Positions 62,264-64,000 of a stretch of DNA of 64,000 bases are shown here, piece after piece. Each line of letters begins with the position of its first letter. Position 1 is the stretch's first letter. Below the pieces are notes generated by a model. It saw only the letters and a list, made by a program, of their open reading frames with translations, was not told where the DNA came from and did no database searches. The position numbers and the translations under genes were made by a program. This DNA is from an uncultured Chloroflexia bacterium (GTDB lineage Bacteria; Chloroflexota; Limnocylindria; Limnocylindrales; CSP1-4), in assembly GCA_963768655.1 (NCBI GenBank), contig CAVYIM010000008.1, forward strand, positions 33,584 to 97,583, in the 5' to 3' direction.

Positions 62264-62523
62264 CGAATCTCTGCCGGTCTAGCACCGCCGAGGCGTCGCC
62301 CGGCGATCAATGTCGACGACTGCCCACGGTCTCGTCCGGGCCTGCCGGCTTTGTGACAGTTGTGACAAGGCCAGTCACAAACCAGGTTCCGGGTCGAAAT
62401 CGGGACATCCAGGTCGGTCAAGTCAAGATGCCGCTCGAAAGGGCAGGTCACGCGAGCGGCCAATCGACCGAAACGCGGCGGATTCAAGCGTGGAATCGAG
62501 GAGCCGAAGTGGCTACCTACTCG

Positions 62524-62543
62524 AATGGTCGGGGCGAGAGGAG
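62524..62543 (-). repeat. att-like repeat 2 (tRNA-Pro 3'-end fragment)
   Basis: Minus strand TCCTCTCGCCCCGACCA = T-stem 3' side, Pro acceptor stem, A73, CCA; rest of tRNA absent. Confidence 0.75.
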
Positions 62544-62669
62544 TCGGGCCGCGGCTAACCCGCTCGTCGGGGATCTGGATCCCACGTCTCTACCGGGGCC
62601 GCGTACTCGTGACGATTGGCGGCATCAGGCCACCGCTGCGATCGGTGCGTTCTGCATGAGGCGCTCGCT

Positions 62670-63026
62670 CTACGGAATTAGCGGCTGACCAAGCTGGGCG
62701 AGAAGCTGGTTCACGGCGTTGCGGCACTTGCTCCGTGGGAGAGCGCCCACGAAATGCCCCGACTCAACCGACAGTTCGCCCGGGATAAGGAATGGGATTC
62801 GGTTGAACCATGCGGTGTACATCCATGCCTCGATGCGGGCGTTCGGCCCTAGCTGACGGACAACACAGAACCATGCACCGCCCATCGCCCGCTGGCATCG
62901 ATAACGCCGACTTCCATCCGGCTCGACGAACACGGGTTGGAAGCCATTCGCAGACGCCCATGCGTCGGCTGCGGGCGCGACAGGGAATGGAACTTGAAAG
63001 TCCCGAATGGTCCGACTATTTCCCAC
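62670..63026 (-). CDS. Hypothetical protein
   Basis: GTG after AGGGG, overlaps upstream gene end. Confidence 0.65.
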   Translation of the reverse strand: MGNSRTIRDFQVPFPVAPAADAWASANGFQPVFVEPDGSRRYRCQRAMGGAWFCVVRQLGPNARIEAWMYTAWFNRIPFLIPGELSVESGHFVGALPRSKCRNAVNQLLAQLGQPLIP

Positions 63027-64000
63027 GACTTGCCCCTGATGCATCCACAACGTCAAGGAGCATCTCTGCGGCATGCTCTCCGGCGAGCTTTGCGGCATCC
63101 GCAAGGAGGTCTTGCGAGCTGCCTCCGCCCAAGCCAAACCGTCGCGTCCCATTGCCCCTGATATGCGCCAAGAGCACTCCCCTGTCCGTTATCTGGGCTT
63201 CAACCTCGAAGACCGCGCTTCCGGCAACGAACGGTAAGAGCCAACGCAGGAACTTGCTTCCCGGATCGGCACGAATGATCCGAGAGCGGATGACTAGGTC
63301 GTAGTCCGGAGAACCTGAGTCAGGGAACTTGGGGTTCAGCTTCTCGGCCAGGGCCAGTACCAATGCGCCCTGGAAAGAGTCTGCGGCGAATTGAACGTCG
63401 AACTTCGTCGGGAGAATTGTCGCTCCCTGCGACTGGATCGGGTAAACGGAGCAGGGCGTTCCCGGACCGTCAGTTGCCGGTCCTCGTCCAGCCAAGGCGG
63501 TAGATCCCGTCGGGGATGGCTCCGCCCCAACCACTGAGGGCGGCCATGCGGGGGCCACCGGGATGCCGACTTGGGGTAGAGGCGGCCTGTAGCCGGTCAT
63601 TTCTGCACATGCTGGTCCGTACGGCGACGGCCACGAGCCGGGATATACGACGGACCAACTTGGTGGAGTCTTTCTTCGAACGCCCCAACGCACATATAAG
63701 GCGATGATTAGCCCAGCGCTCGCGAGCAGGCCGAGACCCACAGCGGCAGAGCCGCTGCTAGGCGGCCCCTCGTGCGTCATATAGACGTCGTCCATCACCC
63801 CTGCTGATGGGTACGTTGTGCGGGCCCAGTCGTTCCAGTTGCTCCCGTTCGCCCACACATGCCATCCACGCCATAGGAACCCAGTGACGGTGATCTGGCT
63901 ACCGGGCTGCCCGAGGGGTTGATCGGACACCACAACCAGACCCCTGCCGGACGCAGTGACGACGTAGGCGCGGCCATAGTCGAGTCCCTTCCATACCCAG
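63016..64000 (-). CDS. Membrane protein, 5' truncated by window, DUF4410-like C-terminal domain
   Basis: Frame open to window end; TM helix, Pro-rich linker, DPGSKFLRWLLPFVAGSA. Confidence 0.7.
   Translation of the reverse strand, partial: WVWKGLDYGRAYVVTASGRGLVVVSDQPLGQPGSQITVTGFLWRGWHVWANGSNWNDWARTTYPSAGVMDDVYMTHEGPPSSGSAAVGLGLLASAGLIIALYVRWGVRRKTPPSWSVVYPGSWPSPYGPACAEMTGYRPPLPQVGIPVAPAWPPSVVGAEPSPTGSTALAGRGPATDGPGTPCSVYPIQSQGATILPTKFDVQFAADSFQGALVLALAEKLNPKFPDSGSPDYDLVIRSRIIRADPGSKFLRWLLPFVAGSAVFEVEAQITDRGVLLAHIRGNGTRRFGLGGGSSQDLLADAAKLAGEHAAEMLLDVVDASGASRGK

Noticed and set aside
62350-62381. TGTGA/TCACA inverted repeat as CRP site
   Set aside because: Spacing is not the 6 bp required and it lies between convergent genes
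62524-62543. Complete tRNA-Pro gene
   Set aside because: Only the last 17 nt match; T-loop, anticodon and D arms are absent

Overview
GC-rich (~69% by eye) bacterial chromosomal window. The secreted-protein architectures suggest Chloroflexota (Limnocylindria-like) or a similar high-GC lineage; this is inference only. Left half: MMPL transporter end, asnS, two large paralogous secreted proteins that each carry two 7-blade BLIP-II/RCC1-like propellers plus a third deleted mosaic copy, VanW and VanY-type cell-wall proteins, a TetR-MFS pair with four operators, and assorted metabolic and transport genes. Best candidate for an undescribed system (39-47.5 kb): an FAD desaturase/DUF1365/CFA-methylase (UfaD/UfaO/UfaM-like, furan fatty acid type) cluster beside a SigK-like ECF sigma. 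The usual anti-sigma slot holds a stand-alone B12-binding protein with the CarH photoreceptor signature, and four copies of CCATCCG-N16-GAAC lie upstream of the units, including an ABC exporter. A second, split B12-sensor pair lies at 33.2-34.4 kb. Right end is accessory: gene remnants, an ECF/ZAS pair, and a 5.1-kb oxidoreductase cassette bracketed by two tRNA-Pro 3'-end (att-like) repeats. No rRNA, full tRNA, CRISPR or intact integrase was seen. All family calls come from motif recognition, not database searches.
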